A stretch of DNA of 63,982 nt, the filler included, from Chiloscyllium plagiosum (lineage: Eukaryota), in the NCBI RefSeq assembly GCF_004010195.1. It is 5 parts of one record of this genome, joined end to end, with 100 filler letters (N's around TTAATTAATTAA, not from the genome) between each part and the next. Parts side by side here need not be neighbours in the genome. Positions count along the whole stretch, not along the records: positions 60,779 to 63,982 come from NC_057712.1; 4 more parts are not named here. One strand, 5' to 3'. A program made the position numbers and the translations under genes. The notes under the pieces were generated by a model, which was not told where the DNA came from, did no database searches, and worked only from the letters and a program-made list of their open reading frames with translations. Shown here one piece after another: positions 62,365 through 63,982 of the stretch. The first letter of the stretch is position 1; every line of letters begins with the position of its first letter.

Positions 62365-62925
62365 GGTGATGGCATAATGGTATTATCACAAAACTATTAA
62401 TCCAGAAACCCAGCTAATCTTCTGGGGGCTTGGATTTGTGTCCCTCCACAGCAGATGGTGGAATTTGAATTCAACAAAGGACATCTGAAATTAAGGATCT
62501 ACTGATGACCATGAAACCATTGTCAACCGTCAAACAAAAAAAAACCCATCTAATTCAGTAATGTCCTTCAGGGAAGGAAACTGTTATCCTTACTTAGTCT
62601 GGATTACATGTGATTCCAGACACACAGCAATATCGTTGATTCTCAGCTTCCCTCTGAAAGAGCCTAGCCAGCCACTCAGTTGTAGCAATCGCTCTGAAGA
62701 CTCAAGAAAGAAATGAAACCAGACAGATTACTTGACACCAAAGAAGATAACAGCAGAAACAGCCCTGTCATCCCTGCAAGGTCCTCCTGACCAACATTTG
62801 GGGGGCTTGTGCCAAAATTGTGAGAGCAATCTCACAGATGAGTCAAGCAACAGTCTGACACAGTCACACTCACAGAATCATACTTTATAGAAAACATCAC
62901 ATTCACCATCATCACCATCCCTGGA
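62365..62925 (+). mobile_element. 5' end of a LINE: tRNA-like head, UTR and start of AP-endonuclease
   Basis: Head and body are homologous to 61930-62180. From about 62780 the degenerate coding reads LTNIWG..PK...SHR.VKQQSDTVTLTESY (APE N-terminal motifs). Confidence 0.65.
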
Positions 62926-63982
62926 ACAAAAACAGAAACTTCTGGAAAAACTCAGCAGGTCTGACAGCATCTGTGGAGAGAAATCAGAATTGACATTTCA
63001 AGTCCAGTGACCCTTATTCAGAACTGATTGTAGCAAGGAAATGTTTGGTGTACGTGCTGAAGATGGGGTGGGGAAGGTGGAGAGGAGTAAACAATAGTGG
63101 AGATGGAGCCCAGAGAGAGAGAGAAAAACAATTGCTCAGACAAAGAAATTGGTAAAGGTCAGTCTGGGAGAATCAATAGCTGTTAATGGGGACCGTTAGA
63201 TTGTTTCTAAAAGCAGACCATGTGATGACAAACAAAAACAGAATTTGCTCGAAAAACTCAGCAGGTCTGGCAGCATCTATGGAGAGAAATCAGAGTTAAT
63301 GTTTTGGGTCAAGTCACCCTTCCTCAGAACATAAAACATTCTGAGATTGCAGAGGAAGGTGCCATGTGCCTATAGGGAGGTTTAGGGAGTGGAATAAACT
63401 GGACCAAGGTATCCCAAAGAGTATGGCCCTGGGGAAGGCAGAAAGGGGAGGGGAATACCTGGTGGTCGTATCTTGCTGGAGGTGGAGGAATTGGCAGCTA
63501 ATGATCCTTTGGATGTGGATGCTGTTGAGATGGTAGGTGAGGACAAGGGGGATTCTATCACTGTTGTGGGTGGGGAAACATGAGGTGTTCAGAGAAAGTG
63601 AGGACTCTGGATTAGTGGTGCTGGAAGAGCACAGCAGTTCAGGCAGCATCCAGGGAGCTTCGAAATCGACGTTACGGGCAAAAGCCCTTAATCAGGAATA
63701 AAGGCAGTGAGTCTGAAGCTTGGAGAGATAAGCTAGAGGAGGGTGGGGGTGGGGAGAAAGAAGCATAGAGTACAATGGGTGATTGGGGGAGGGGATGAAG
63801 GTGATAGGTCAGGGAGGAGAGGGTGGAGTGGATAGGTGGAAAAGGAGATAGGCAGGTAGGACAAGTCCGGACAAGTCATGGGGACAGTGCTGAGCTGGAA
63901 GTTTGGAACTAGGGTGAGGTGGGGGAAGGGGAAATGAGGAAACTGTTGAAGTCCACATTGATGCCCTGGGGTTGAAGTATTC
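62925..63982 (-). mobile_element. PLE fragments: two tandem termini of the third family, an RT C-terminal remnant, and another PLE 3' end from 63606
   Basis: AACAAAAACAGAA...GAAAAACTCAGCAGGTCTG at about 62925 and 63231. DRIPLVLTYH in ORF 63314-63649. Degenerate hammerhead cores; ...LQPQGINVDFNSF at the window end. Confidence 0.8.

Overview
Vertebrate genomic DNA, very probably from a shark or other elasmobranch (HE1/V-SINEs, dense CR1 LINEs, Penelope-like elements). It is not prokaryotic and contains no CRISPR array or operon. The only host gene is an axonemal outer-arm dynein heavy chain on the minus strand, best matching DNAH8 (paralogue of DNAH5). Five collinear, phase-compatible GT-AG exons encode the end of AAA1 through AAA2 (40317-40424, 24134-24268, 9235-9396, 4964-5210, 2221-2462). 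Two more exons from much later in the protein (58916-59108, AAA3-AAA4 region; 53156-53345, C-terminal domain) lie upstream and out of order. Each sits on its own small contig bounded by artificial 100-nt N44-TTAATTAATTAA-N44 linkers, so mis-scaffolding is the likeliest cause. The introns are mostly transposon-derived: many CR1 fragments, about four Penelope-like element (PLE) end-families, a decayed Ty3/Gypsy element, Rex1/Babar tails, SINEs, and three minisatellites (32, 61 and 24 bp units). The most notable signals are: (1) many minimal hammerhead-ribozyme cores in the PLE termini, one closed by a perfect 56-bp stem in the sense strand of a dnah8 intron; (2) tiny foldback PLE insertions with 12-15 bp target-site duplications; (3) an apparently single-ORF LINE with a tRNA-like 5' head shared with an adjacent SINE. 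Family names come from recalled motifs, not database searches, and repeat boundaries are approximate.
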